Both the position numbers and the translations under genes were made by a program. A stretch of DNA of 64,000 bases. Origin: Naegleria gruberi (Eukaryota). The stretch lies in the NCBI GenBank assembly GCA_000004985.1, contig GG738897.1; one strand, given 5' to 3'. A model generated the notes under the pieces. It was not told the origin of the DNA. It did not search any database and saw only the letters and a program-made list of their open reading frames with translations. Numbering within the stretch: the first letter of the stretch is position 1; every line of letters begins with the position of its first letter. Positions 21,837-32,876 of this stretch are shown here, piece after piece.

Positions 21837-23015
21837 ATGTCCTCCATCACACAACGGGAAGCACCACCTTACACTAGAATTCAATATGTTTCGCTTTCAA
21901 CTCTTGGGGTCATCACGGAAAAGATGAAGACTAAGATATTAACAGTGGCTACTAAGGAAAATTCCAAGCACAATATTACTGGAGTTTTGATTTGTGTGAG
22001 GGATATGTTCTTTCAGATTATTGAAGGAAAGACTGCTGATATTGAACAATTATTTGCAAATATTGTCAATGATTCGAGACATAATAATGTTGCATGTGTC
22101 GACAAGTCGTATTTTGAAAGTGAGGATGATAGAATGTTTCCTTCGTGGGATATGAAATCAATTGAGGTTGATTGTTTGTTTCCTACCAAGAAGGATGTAT
22201 TGATTTGTGGGGAAAATTGTAATCCACTCGATCCAACTCATAAGAGAGTTATTGAGACTGCATTCTCTGCTTTTACAACAATGATGGGAAGTATGTTCAG
22301 AGCTCAACAAGTGTTCAAGAATTATGCCCAACCAAGTGTAACCAAATTTGTTAGGGATGGATTGAATCCTCTCTGTATTCAATCTGTTGTTACGGAAAAG
22401 ATTGTAGTTTTTATTGACCTTGTAAATTATACCACCTTGACAGAAATCATTTCTCAATCGAGAAGCGTTGCAGAAATTGTAAGAATTCTCAACTTGTTCT
22501 TTGCCTGCGTTATGGAAATTGTCGAAGAGCACGGTGGAGACATTACCAAGTTGATTGGTGACTGTGTAATGTGTCATTTTGATGGGAAAGATTCACAAAA
22601 GGCCATTGATTGTTCGTTGAAAATATTGGAACGATTAGACCATCTCAGATATGAAACAACAGATCCATTCGAAAAGCTCATCTACTGTACAATAGGAATC
22701 TCGAAGGGTGAGGTCATTTTGGGAAATGTTGGCACAGTTGGAAGAAAGCTTGACTATACAGTCATTGGTGATTCAGTAAACACATCAGCAAGATTACAAT
22801 CCTTTGCCTCCACTACTCAATACTATCTCATTTTCGATGAGAATGTAAAGAATGATTTGATTAATGAAGATTATGTAATATCGTGTGGTTCGATTGAATT
22901 GAAAGGAAAGAGAAATACAGTCAATGCCTACACAATAGAGAATGTATATAATAGAAAACCTCAGAAAGAAGATTTGAATGGTCTTTTCAATGTGTGTTCT
23001 TTATCAATATTGTAA
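21837..23015 (+). CDS. BLUF-domain / class III adenylyl-guanylyl cyclase fusion (photoactivated adenylyl cyclase-like)
   Basis: BLUF motifs YTRIQYVS...NITGVL...FFQIIEGKTADIEQLFANIVNDSRH...FPSWDM. Cyclase homology domain FIDLVNYTTL...KLIGDCVMCHF...CTIGISKGEVILGNVG...YTVIGDSVNTSARLQS. Confidence 0.8.
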   Translation: MSSITQREAPPYTRIQYVSLSTLGVITEKMKTKILTVATKENSKHNITGVLICVRDMFFQIIEGKTADIEQLFANIVNDSRHNNVACVDKSYFESEDDRMFPSWDMKSIEVDCLFPTKKDVLICGENCNPLDPTHKRVIETAFSAFTTMMGSMFRAQQVFKNYAQPSVTKFVRDGLNPLCIQSVVTEKIVVFIDLVNYTTLTEIISQSRSVAEIVRILNLFFACVMEIVEEHGGDITKLIGDCVMCHFDGKDSQKAIDCSLKILERLDHLRYETTDPFEKLIYCTIGISKGEVILGNVGTVGRKLDYTVIGDSVNTSARLQSFASTTQYYLIFDENVKNDLINEDYVISCGSIELKGKRNTVNAYTIENVYNRKPQKEDLNGLFNVCSLSIL

Positions 23016-23043
23016 ATAAACTTTTTAAAAAAATGTCAAAAAA

Positions 23044-23982
23044 ATGTCTCGTGTCGTAGTGGAACTTGTTGATTTAAATGTCGTGGAAAATTCATCATCA
23101 TCAGATCATATTATTTATTTAATTAATATATTGAAGAGATCATTTACAAAAAAAAAACATCAATTTTCGTTGAATTTTAACATGATTGGTCAATTTGATC
23201 AACTTTCTCCAAAAGATCCTGTCTTTGATATTGCCATTTCCAAAAAATATGACACGATACTCATTCCACAGAGGGTTGGTATATCAATTTATAATAGACC
23301 AAGCAGTCGGGAAACTTTCCATCTCGAGCAATTATTCAAAGTAGAGAAACCCAATTCTGGGCTTCGTTGTATGAAATTGGTTGAAGAGGAAGGAGAGGAA
23401 TTTATCTATGCAACAGATTACTCAAGCACTGTTGTTAAATTTAGTGTTTCGGATATTATGATACGAAAAGTATTTTCAATTATTTGGCAATCTGAATCAT
23501 TTTCTAATTTGTGGGGATTGGATGTTTTGAATGGAAAAGTTTATGCAGTTGACAATATGAAGTCAGTTAAAATTTTGGATTGCAAAAGTGGTGCAACTAT
23601 TTCAGAAAATGCTCCAAATGTAGCAGAAGGATACGGTATTCATTTCTTGTCAGAGAAACAAGCAGTAGTAAGCAACTCAAAGAAAGTGGAAATATTCGAA
23701 AGGGACAATTTTGGTAATTGGAATTCCATCAAACAAACTCAATTTCCAATGGAAGCTGCTTATTCAATTTTCTGTGAAGAATCATCCGGATTAATCTATG
23801 TTTGTGATGATTCTAAATTACATGGATTGAATATTCATGTGGTAAGACAGAATGATTTGACATTGGTGAAATCATTTCCAATTCCTTCCTTGCATTTTGG
23901 TGTTATGGTGGACGATAAAAGTGGATTGCTGTATGTGTGCCATTATGAAAGTTCGAAAATGCAGGTTAATGTTTATGAATAA
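23044..23982 (+). CDS. hypothetical protein (possible beta-propeller)
   Basis: 312-aa ORF from ATG with coding-like composition. No recognisable motif. Confidence 0.35.
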   Translation: MSRVVVELVDLNVVENSSSSDHIIYLINILKRSFTKKKHQFSLNFNMIGQFDQLSPKDPVFDIAISKKYDTILIPQRVGISIYNRPSSRETFHLEQLFKVEKPNSGLRCMKLVEEEGEEFIYATDYSSTVVKFSVSDIMIRKVFSIIWQSESFSNLWGLDVLNGKVYAVDNMKSVKILDCKSGATISENAPNVAEGYGIHFLSEKQAVVSNSKKVEIFERDNFGNWNSIKQTQFPMEAAYSIFCEESSGLIYVCDDSKLHGLNIHVVRQNDLTLVKSFPIPSLHFGVMVDDKSGLLYVCHYESSKMQVNVYE

Positions 23983-24754
23983 TTATTGAAACAAGTATTG
24001 TAACGGATTTTGATTGACATTTAAATATTGAAATATGAATAATCACGTTTTAGATAAAAAAATGAAAAGACGAACAAAGATCTTCTCCCTTCTCTCATTC
24101 CTATCTATTTCTTCAATTGCCAATTTCCAATCACTCAACCAGAAACTCTTACATGAGATGTTGATTTCATGTGTTTAGTCATTTTAACACTCAAACCAAC
24201 TCAATATCCAAGAATGTATGTGGAATATCTACTTTTCTCCAAAGTTCCATTGATATTGAGAAGAGATGATACCATTGTTTATGTTTCACAGGAGGATTAT
24301 CATAAATGTTGCTCAAATGAGAGATTGAAATTGAGATCTCAAGGGAAAACAAGAAGGGTGACCTTAACAATACGAAGGAATGTTTTTGGAGGAATTGTGT
24401 TGGATAGCTTGGATAAAATTGAAGAAATTCCAATAACAAGAGATGTCTATCCACTCAAATATTAGCAATTTAAAAATTCATTTTCATCATAGTTACAACA
24501 CTTTACAACAATTGAAATTAGATTTTCAAAGCAATGGACAACGCTTGTGGCGAAAAATTGCCCAAAAAAAACAACGCAATCCATAAATGCCGCCTTTTTC
24601 ACCTTTTAAAAAATGTTCATCATCCAACAACATTAAATTTCATCATTAAATAAAATAGCAACAACAATAAGATAATAATAACATCATCATCATTGATTTA
24701 TTAAAATTCAATAATAGTAAACTATATAGTAATAATAATCAACTTGGATAGAGA

Positions 24755-25480
24755 ATGAGTACAAAGAGAAGTACAGTATTACCAGATAATTTCCTTAAAT
24801 TTTGTAGGGAACAAGTAGCATCAGCAGATAGAAAGGATTCCTCAGTTTGGACTTTGGAAGCAGAGAAGGATGGAGTCTCTGTCTATTCGAGACCAGTGGA
24901 TAATCAAGAAGGAGGTTTGGAATTGGCTTTTCGTATTAGTGGTTTGCTGAAGGCTTCTGTTGAGGAGGCTTTTGAGGCTACACGAAATGTACATTATAAA
25001 GTTGTTCAGAAGAATGCCATTGAGGAAGGAAGAGTAGTGGAGGATCATTATTCAACACCTGACGAGGATGGAGAATTGTATGATATTGTCTATCAGAGAA
25101 CTCCTTCTCCGAATACATATATTATTGCCAAGAGAGAGTTTTTCTCTGCTCGTTACTTTACTGAGATTGAGGGCAAAAAGTTGATTTTTGAACGATCGAT
25201 TAATATTAATGATTTGGCTCCACAGACTTTAAAGTCTATGAAGAAGATTCCTGGATTTAATGAACCAGGTGCTATTGAAGGAACTATCAAATTTAGTATT
25301 GTTGAATTTGAGGCAATTAGTGAGACTAGCTCAAAATTTGAGGTTATTAGCAAGATGAATTTGAATGGTTGGATTCCAATGAAACTTATTAATAATTTAA
25401 TGAAGATTGCTCCTCAAAAGGCAAGAGATGACATTGAATCGTGTATTGACACTTACAGAAAGTCCAAGCAACAAAAATAA
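24755..25480 (+). CDS. START (StAR-related lipid transfer) domain protein
   Basis: 241-aa ORF. Pattern W..E..KDGVSVYSR...EFFSARYF...GWIPMKLINNLM is typical of the PCTP/START fold. Confidence 0.55.
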   Translation: MSTKRSTVLPDNFLKFCREQVASADRKDSSVWTLEAEKDGVSVYSRPVDNQEGGLELAFRISGLLKASVEEAFEATRNVHYKVVQKNAIEEGRVVEDHYSTPDEDGELYDIVYQRTPSPNTYIIAKREFFSARYFTEIEGKKLIFERSININDLAPQTLKSMKKIPGFNEPGAIEGTIKFSIVEFEAISETSSKFEVISKMNLNGWIPMKLINNLMKIAPQKARDDIESCIDTYRKSKQQK

Positions 25481-25591
25481 TTTCCTCTCTACCTCAACTG
25501 CATCACCATTTCTAATTTCTAGCTTCACTTGTACAAATTATTTCTATTTTGAATTATTAAATTATTTTACACTCAATCAATAATTATTGAA

Positions 25592-26314
25592 CTATTCTTG
25601 ATGAGAATGTCCAGCTACAGGATATTCTTGACCTCCAATGACACGAGCAAAGAATCTCAACAAGTTTCCAACACTTTCCAAACAATTAGCAACAAACATT
25701 TTGAGTGATTTCAAGAAATAAATTGCCAAAATGAATGAAATCACATAGAACCAATTTGAATCCATCACTGATTGATAATTAGCCATTGAAAAATAGAAAA
25801 GATATCCAGTCACAAAACCAATCAATAAGAAGGACCAATCATAGACAAAGAGCATGATAAACATTTGAAATTTCATGGCATCTGTTAAAGCTCCATATCG
25901 AAATACGAAATAAATTTGCCAAGTAACAATCAATTGACATAATCCAATGACATTCCTCTTTCCAATTCCATTCTTGAGTGTTTCATTCACTTGAATCACA
26001 ATTCTCCAAACAATCCACGAAACTACAAATAACATTCCCATCAATTCCAACAACAAGACAAATAATCTATTAGCATCAAATGACAATCTTTCAAAATACG
26101 AGCACATTGTATAGAGACTATACAAACAAACTCCGAAATGTGTCCACGACCGATAGACAAACAAACTCGTCAAGAATCGATAATATTCTCCATCACGAAA
26201 TATTTTGTGAAAATTAAAGCCAAACTCATTGGTTAGCTGATTGATTTTCCTTGTATCGGAACGTAGAAAGATGATGAAAAGTGGAAGGGCAATGATTGGG
26301 AACAATTCGAGCAT
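25592..26314 (-). CDS. Derlin/rhomboid-like multipass membrane protein
   Basis: ATG at 26314 (MLELFPIIALPLFIIF). Multiple TM helices. EYYRFLTSLFVYRSWTHFGVCLYSLYTM resembles the Derlin/rhomboid-family xWRLxTxxFxH motif. No GxSG protease motif is seen. Confidence 0.4.
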   Translation of the reverse strand: MLELFPIIALPLFIIFLRSDTRKINQLTNEFGFNFHKIFRDGEYYRFLTSLFVYRSWTHFGVCLYSLYTMCSYFERLSFDANRLFVLLLELMGMLFVVSWIVWRIVIQVNETLKNGIGKRNVIGLCQLIVTWQIYFVFRYGALTDAMKFQMFIMLFVYDWSFLLIGFVTGYLFYFSMANYQSVMDSNWFYVISFILAIYFLKSLKMFVANCLESVGNLLRFFARVIGGQEYPVAGHSHQE

Positions 26315-27019
26315 TTTTTTTTGATTTTTTAATTTTTTTATATTTTCAAAGTATTTAAAGTTTACAATAATATGCAAGTTTGATAAGAGGAACACGTTTT
26401 TACAAGACACGAAAATGAGAGGTTACACTCCATGAGGAGAGATTTGAGTAATGTTGAGTTTTACAATGGCATGATCAGCTTGCTTAGCAACCTCGTGTTG
26501 TAAATAATTTGTAAATATTCCACATGTTCACATGTTGATCATTGAAGTAATTTCCTCATAATGTCTATTTCTCACTACCAAGAAAGTTATCTTCCGATTC
26601 ATCATTTGATTGTGCAAATATTTCAAGATTACAACCACCAACAGTTCAAATACTGCTTTCATTAGAAATATATGATGAAGTGCTGATAAAGACTGTTCGA
26701 TATTTCATGTCAGCGTTGAGTTGTTTGTCAAAAAACTGCAATATTCCAATTAAAAATTTTGAAAAGAGAGCTATGGACAATTTGTAACAATAATTATCCA
26801 TCTCATTAGAGCTATGGATAATTTGTATTTCGAAATATCTGCTACTATTTTCCAATTTTTAATTCTGCAAAGGAAAAAGTAAAGATTCGGCACTAACCTA
26901 ACTTGGTATTACTAAAATGGAATCATTCCAAATTCGTCCATTATTTCATATAATTCAACAACTCAATAAATACTCAGCACTCCAAACATTCAAAGTTTTT
27001 CATACAAAAAAAGTTGAAA

Positions 27020-28306
27020 ATGTCATCTCAAATCCAAAAGAATCTACAAGAACAACGTCCAATCAAAGCAATCAATGCAGCAGCAACTGCTACCTCTGAT
27101 GAGGAGGGCACTGTTTTGAGATTTTATCCTCAGGATATTACCGTTACACGAAACCAACCTCTCCTCGAAATGATAGAGAAATGTTACGTCCCCCAAGTCT
27201 TTAAAGATGGTCCTCAAGATGCTGAGATGAGTATAGTTGGTGGAAAGATTAAAATGTCTCAGATTGACAAGTTGATTCCACGTACTCCAGGATTTGATAA
27301 GTTACATACCTTCACAGCTGCCAAGTTGACTGCCAATATGTGGCGAGACACTGTCAAGGCATTGAGAAAAACATTCCCTGATGATAAAAAGTTGAGTAAG
27401 GCAGCTGAATACTGGGATAAGATGCCGAATGGTACTCTCCAAATTAGTCCATATGGTTTGGAGGACGAAAAGAATGCCTACTATTCACGTGGTGGTACTG
27501 GTAGTATTGTACTAAAGTTTGGTTATTTCACCGATGACAAAGGAGATACAATTTACACATGTCAATCACCTGACATTGTTGCTCATGAAACTGGACATTA
27601 TGTATTGGATCATTTGCGTCCAGAATTCAATGATTCTAAAAATGTACAAACTGGTGGCCTTCACGAAGCATTTGGTGATATTTCTGCCTTAAGTTTCGTA
27701 TTTGCTGATGATGCCATGGCTAGAGCTTTAATTAATCTAACATTTGGTAACCTTCATGCTTCAGCAAACAACTTTGCTGCTCACTTGGCTGAGGAATTTG
27801 GTATTTCATTGGGAATGCCTGGTTATCTCCGTAATGCTGATGATGATTACAAACTTTCTCAGGTTGAGGAAGAGGTCCACGCCATATCAGAGGTGTTTAC
27901 TGGCGCTTATTATGATGCCCTTGCAAGTGCTTTTAAGGCAGCTACTGAAGAATTCACTGAATACAATTCAGTCAATTTGTTGCAGGCAGTGAGTGAATAC
28001 TCTCGTAACCTCCTATTGCATGCCATTGTAACTGTTGGAGGAAAATCACCAGATTTTGCTGATATTGCCAATAGATTATATGAGATTATTGACCTTCATA
28101 GTAAGAATGCACCTGCAAAAGTAGCTTATTTGCAAAAGTTAAAGTGGAAAACTTACTTTCAAACAGAGTTTGAGCGTCGTGAGGTCAGTAAACCAGTTAA
28201 TCAATTACGATATGCTGCAAAGAAGAGGGATATGGTTGCTGAACAAGTCAGACCAGAGAAGGAGATCCTAACAATGGTTTGTGGCGCCCGTACTCTCCAA
28301 AATTAA
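27020..28306 (+). CDS. zinc metallopeptidase, thermolysin-like gluzincin (HExxH + EAxxD)
   Basis: ATG at 27020. HETGHYVLDHL followed 22 residues later by GGLHEAFGDISA, a HExxH...E arrangement. No signal peptide. Confidence 0.5.
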   Translation: MSSQIQKNLQEQRPIKAINAAATATSDEEGTVLRFYPQDITVTRNQPLLEMIEKCYVPQVFKDGPQDAEMSIVGGKIKMSQIDKLIPRTPGFDKLHTFTAAKLTANMWRDTVKALRKTFPDDKKLSKAAEYWDKMPNGTLQISPYGLEDEKNAYYSRGGTGSIVLKFGYFTDDKGDTIYTCQSPDIVAHETGHYVLDHLRPEFNDSKNVQTGGLHEAFGDISALSFVFADDAMARALINLTFGNLHASANNFAAHLAEEFGISLGMPGYLRNADDDYKLSQVEEEVHAISEVFTGAYYDALASAFKAATEEFTEYNSVNLLQAVSEYSRNLLLHAIVTVGGKSPDFADIANRLYEIIDLHSKNAPAKVAYLQKLKWKTYFQTEFERREVSKPVNQLRYAAKKRDMVAEQVRPEKEILTMVCGARTLQN

Positions 28307-28406
28307 TTATGTATATATATAAACAACAATTAGTGAGTATTATTGGATGTGTACTTCAAAGATATCTTATCAAAGTTTGCTTTATTGCTTAAATGATTTT
28401 TTGGTT

Positions 28407-29364
28407 TTACAAATTATTCAAGTCAACCAAAGTGGAATTTTCCATCAATTCTTTCAATTCATCTTCCCATCCCAATTCTCTCACTAACAATTCCACACAT
28501 CCATCAATGGTCTGATCAGCTCCTCCCAAATATAAATCCAAATGATTATTCTTCACATCACATTCTCTAATAGCTGATTGAATATTGTAAAATCCTCCAC
28601 ATCGATCTCTATTGATTAAAACTCTCATCGTTCCATGAGGTGCATATTCTGGAAGGAGGGCCACTGGATAAACTTGTAAACTAGTTCCAATGACAATGAA
28701 TAGTTTACAATTTTTGTGTTTTTTCAAATCTTGAAAAACACATTCTCCAAATTTGTCTGGTAAATCTTCTCCGTACAGAACTACATCAGTTTTTACAATA
28801 TTTCCACAAACATTGCATTTGGGAATTTGAACTTCTTCCTCACTTTCACTTGTCATTTGATCTCTCAAATATTGTAAAGTAAATTGTTTTTTACAATGCA
28901 TGCAATGAGAGGTGTGCAATTTTCCATGACAATGCACCAACAATTCATCTGAAACTCCACTTTTTCTCTCCAATCCATCAATATTTTGTGTGTACAATCT
29001 CATTAACTTGTTCTTATCTTGCAATAGCTTGATAAAGAAATGAGTTTTCGATGGTTTGTATTCGGTGGCAATGAAATTCTTCATTCTTTCAAAAAATGGA
29101 ATTGGATTTTCTTTGAAATAACCAATTTCGAATATTGATGTTGGATCTTTGACTTCGTACTTATCGAGTGAGCCATTTACAAAGAGTCCTTTACCTGGAG
29201 TTCTAAAATCTGGAATGCCACATGAAGTTGACAATCCGGCACCTGTCAATACAATTATGGAGGCATCTGAAATGTTGTTAATTTGCTGAGCGAGTAATTT
29301 GACAGCATCAAGTCGTTCCTCATCAGAAATGGTTGGTTCCACACGTTCTTTCTTTTTCGTCATT
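28407..29364 (-). CDS. sirtuin (Sir2-family NAD-dependent deacylase)
   Basis: ATG at 29364 (MTKKKERVEP). Motifs GAGLSTSCGIPDFR, QNIDGLE, and Zn-ribbon CMHCKK...CNVCGN. Confidence 0.8.
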
Positions 29365-29691
29365 TTTTTTTGCAGTGAAATTTGGAAGATAATTTTGAAC
29401 AGTTGACAGAAATTTGAAGTTGAACTTGACACTTTACAATACAACAGCAAATTGTTTTCAATTTCCAACTTCCACACCTATCTTTCAAAATATTTCCGCT
29501 TATCAAGTAGAAACTTTTCTATTGGTTGATGCACCACCAATCTTTCAAATTCGTCGCCTTTCATACTCAAATTTACAACACTGTTCAGTTCAAGTGGTTT
29601 AGAATATTATAAATACCTGCTGCTGATGCTTCTAATTAAAAACAACAAAAAATATAACCAAACAACTCATTAGAAACTAAACTAAACGAAA

Positions 29692-30144
29692 ATGATGCTC
29701 AATTGTCAAGTAAGCGACGAAATTATCAAATCTTATGAAGAAATGAGAATGGGAAAGGGTGCCAACAAGGATAAAAAGTTCCTAGTCTTGAAAATGCATG
29801 AAAATTCCATTCAAATCGATCAAGAATTAACTAAACTCTCCTCATTGGACGAATTGACCGCCAATCTCCCTCCAAAAAACACTCGTTTCATTTGTTATCA
29901 TTTGAGTTTCGAAATGCCAACTCAAAACGAAAACAGTGGTATCAGAGAAGGAACCAGAACCAAAATGATGTTTCTCACTTGGTGTCCAAACGAAACTAAA
30001 GTTAAGGAAAAGTTTCAGGTTGCAGCCACAGTCAAAACTGTTAAGGAAAAATTGAATGGATTGAGTGCAACGATTCATTGCTCTGTGAAGGGTGAAATTG
30101 ATGAAAAATTAATGATTGAAAAGTGTTTAACTTTTATGAAATAG
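29692..30144 (+). CDS. ADF/cofilin (actophorin-like) actin-depolymerising factor
   Basis: 150-aa ADF-H fold with FLVLKM...TRFICYHLSF...KMMFLTWCPNETKVKEK. Shares a divergent promoter region with the sirtuin gene. Confidence 0.65.
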   Translation: MMLNCQVSDEIIKSYEEMRMGKGANKDKKFLVLKMHENSIQIDQELTKLSSLDELTANLPPKNTRFICYHLSFEMPTQNENSGIREGTRTKMMFLTWCPNETKVKEKFQVAATVKTVKEKLNGLSATIHCSVKGEIDEKLMIEKCLTFMK

Positions 30145-30278
30145 TGAAATTTTTGTAAAGTTTTAAATAATATTGAATAAAATTCTGTTATTTTCATAAG
30201 TCTAAAAGCGGAAATATTTTCTAGTGTTGTGAAAAAGAGCGCTCTGCAAAGTTCCACTTTCATTCCAATGGTTCTTCC

Positions 30279-30731
30279 ATGTTGTTACTGATCTATTCGA
30301 AAGGTTTCGTCCACTTAAAAAAAATGTCCCACTTTCAATTCATCCTTCATTCTGCCACCAATCTTCCAAAAGCCGACGTTGTTGGCACCATCGATGCCTA
30401 TGCAGTTATTAAAATTCCATGTGAAACATGTGTAAAGGAATATGTGACACCTTTCATCAATGATGATGAGAATCCAGTTTGGAATTTTGAATGTCCATCA
30501 GAGATTTATATGAATACTAATGATGAGATTACTGTGGAAATATGGGATAAGGATACATTCACGAGGGATGACTTTGTTGCGAACTGTCAAATTTCAATTT
30601 CTAATATTTTGGCATGTCCATTTAAGGAAAAGACAATAATATTGAAATGTGTCGATGATTACACTCCCTATGACAAGAGCAAACCAGCAACAGTCACAAT
30701 TTCTGCTTTTTATAAATCCTTTAGAAATTAA
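30279..30731 (+). CDS. small C2-domain protein
   Basis: C2 pattern LPKADVVGTIDAYAVIKI...NPVWNFECPSEI...ITVEIWDKDTFTRDDFVANCQISI. An alternative start is the ATG at 30324. Confidence 0.55.
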   Translation: MLLLIYSKGFVHLKKMSHFQFILHSATNLPKADVVGTIDAYAVIKIPCETCVKEYVTPFINDDENPVWNFECPSEIYMNTNDEITVEIWDKDTFTRDDFVANCQISISNILACPFKEKTIILKCVDDYTPYDKSKPATVTISAFYKSFRN

Positions 30732-30907
30732 AAGTTCTAAACTAATTGTGAACTGTTTGTAAACTCTTCTCTCTCAAAAACAAAACACCATTTCAACTAT
30801 TTGATCCATCTCCAGAGAGCTAATTTCAGATCTCAATCTGTTGTGGTTGTTGATAATCAAAAATTAAGATTGACAATATGCTAGAAAGTGATGAAATTAA
30901 AATTATC

Positions 30908-30979
30908 CTCCCATGCCGGGAATTGAACCCGGACCTCCTGGGTGAAAGCCAGGTATCCTAGCCATTGGACTACACGGGA
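30908..30979 (-). tRNA. tRNA-Glu (anticodon UUC)
   Basis: TCCCGTG-TA-GTCC-AATGGCTA-GGAT-A-CCTGG-CTTTCAC-CCAGG-AGGT-CCGGG-TTCAATT-CCCGG-CATGGGA-G. Canonical cloverleaf with U1-A72, typical of eukaryotic tRNA-Glu. Confidence 0.85.
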
Positions 30980-31208
30980 TTTATATTCCTTAAAAATATT
31001 ATTAAGGTTTTTTTTATTAAGGATTTGCTTCTTTTTGCTAGTAGGCGCATATCTTCGGAATATTCATGATAAACCGTACATGTACAATGTCAAATATTAT
31101 TAAGTTCTCCAACATCGAATTTAATCTTATACACAAAGAAAGTGCATAGTACGCTCTGTGACAAAAACCAGAGAGTTGATTTGTTTGGAAAAGTTGCTAA
31201 TATTTGGT

Positions 31209-32876
31209 TTATTCAGTTTCAATCATGGTATCTTGGATAGTTTCGAATTCGTCAGAGTCTTGAAAATCATCTTCTTCAATAATAACTTCTTCTTCTTCTG
31301 AACTGTCCATGTATTCGGATTCGAGTTGAGAGCTATCTTCTCCGAATTGTGTATCTTTGAAATTAATATCGAATATTTGTTCCACATAGCGTTTCATTTG
31401 ATTCCATTGATTTTCCAATAGTTCAAAACTATTAGAAATTGCAGCAAGTGCTTCTTCACTATTGTCATTGAGTAAAAGTGAATATTCTACAATTTCTACC
31501 AATTCAAATGCCTGTTCACATTGTTCAGCACCAATTAATAATTTGATCTCTTCAATATTTCCTTTAATTTCGTCTAGTTTGTCCTCATTCGTCTTTCCAA
31601 TAATGGAATTATAACGTTTCCTTACACCTTTGTCAGTTCTCTCCTTAATACCTTTTAATAATTCAATCATCAAACTAGCCTTTTCAGCACCAACAGCATT
31701 ATTCTCTATTTGATAATAAAGATTAGTGAGCTTTCTCATCAGTGGAAGAGTTTCTTCTTGGATTTCGTATCTTCCAAATTGGAAAGAATCAAGTTCTATC
31801 ATAGGAATCAACTCTACCTCACATAAATTGTGTTTCAAGTAATATTGTAAATTTGCCCTATAGGCAGCTGGAGTTTCTTTAGAATACATTATTGTAATCT
31901 TTTCCAACGTTCTGGCAGAAATATGAGAGTTGACAATATCTAACATGGCTATCTTTTCAGTAATAACCAAGTGTTTGCATTTTGGAAATAATTTAAATAA
32001 ATTCTCCAATAAACTTTTCAATGTCAAATTTGGTTGGATTGTAATATCCTTTACAATAACTTGGTTCACACAATCAAAGTGATAAGTTTCTGATTTGGTT
32101 GCTTCCAAACTAAACTCTTGGAAGGTTATTTGTTCAACTTCTTCAGCTTTGCATTTTCTAGACTGCAGTTCTGCAAAGTTTCGAACATAAAGTTTAGTCA
32201 TTTGATTGTACCAAACTGCTGGTGGATCACTCTTTAAAATTTGAATATCCTGTAAATGAGGACGAATCTTTCTTATAAATTCATCACTTTCGACTAGTGG
32301 AAATTCTAATTTCAGTACAATTACCTTCTTCAAATCGGTGTGGTCAAGAATATTGATATCTTTAAAAGCAGACTTGAAGAATTCAGTGTCTGATGTGAGA
32401 ATATTGATCGATTCAAGATATGGAGAGAATGAAAACAGTTCACCACTCAAATCTAGGTTGTGTATGAAGCCACATCCATTAAATTCAATATTCTGAATTA
32501 AACTATTCGAATCTAAAAGTTTCAACATTTCATACGGACTACCAAGAATGACATTCCCTAAAAATAACACTGATCCGAATCTTGTCAAGAAATCTACTTC
32601 ATTAATGGTATAGGAATTCACCATAGAAAGTGAACAGTCTTGTAATTCAAAATTTGAATTATTAGAAACTAAACTCTCAAGTAATTGCAACTGTTCTTCG
32701 TTTCTTATGAATCCTCCCTTGTTCATTTTGATCAATTGGAGAAGTCTCTTTTCGGGGAGTGACTTTGATAATGCCACAACAAGTCCCAAAAAATCTTCTC
32801 CCAACAACTTTAAGATGATAAAAAAGTTGTCATTAGCAAGTTTTTCGAGTCTTGATTTTTGGTTTCTGTTGTACAT
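31209..32876 (-). CDS. hypothetical leucine-rich protein with acidic C-terminal tail
   Basis: 555-aa ORF from ATG. Leucine-rich repeat-like segments. C-terminus is SSEEEEVIIEEDDFQDSDEFE. Confidence 0.35.
   Translation of the reverse strand: MYNRNQKSRLEKLANDNFFIILKLLGEDFLGLVVALSKSLPEKRLLQLIKMNKGGFIRNEEQLQLLESLVSNNSNFELQDCSLSMVNSYTINEVDFLTRFGSVLFLGNVILGSPYEMLKLLDSNSLIQNIEFNGCGFIHNLDLSGELFSFSPYLESINILTSDTEFFKSAFKDINILDHTDLKKVIVLKLEFPLVESDEFIRKIRPHLQDIQILKSDPPAVWYNQMTKLYVRNFAELQSRKCKAEEVEQITFQEFSLEATKSETYHFDCVNQVIVKDITIQPNLTLKSLLENLFKLFPKCKHLVITEKIAMLDIVNSHISARTLEKITIMYSKETPAAYRANLQYYLKHNLCEVELIPMIELDSFQFGRYEIQEETLPLMRKLTNLYYQIENNAVGAEKASLMIELLKGIKERTDKGVRKRYNSIIGKTNEDKLDEIKGNIEEIKLLIGAEQCEQAFELVEIVEYSLLLNDNSEEALAAISNSFELLENQWNQMKRYVEQIFDINFKDTQFGEDSSQLESEYMDSSEEEEVIIEEDDFQDSDEFETIQDTMIETE

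Noticed and set aside
24169-24465. Overlapping ORFs on both strands in the 24.0-24.75 kb gap
   Set aside because: No start context, atypical composition, and mutually overlapping on opposite strands. Treated as an intergenic chance ORF.
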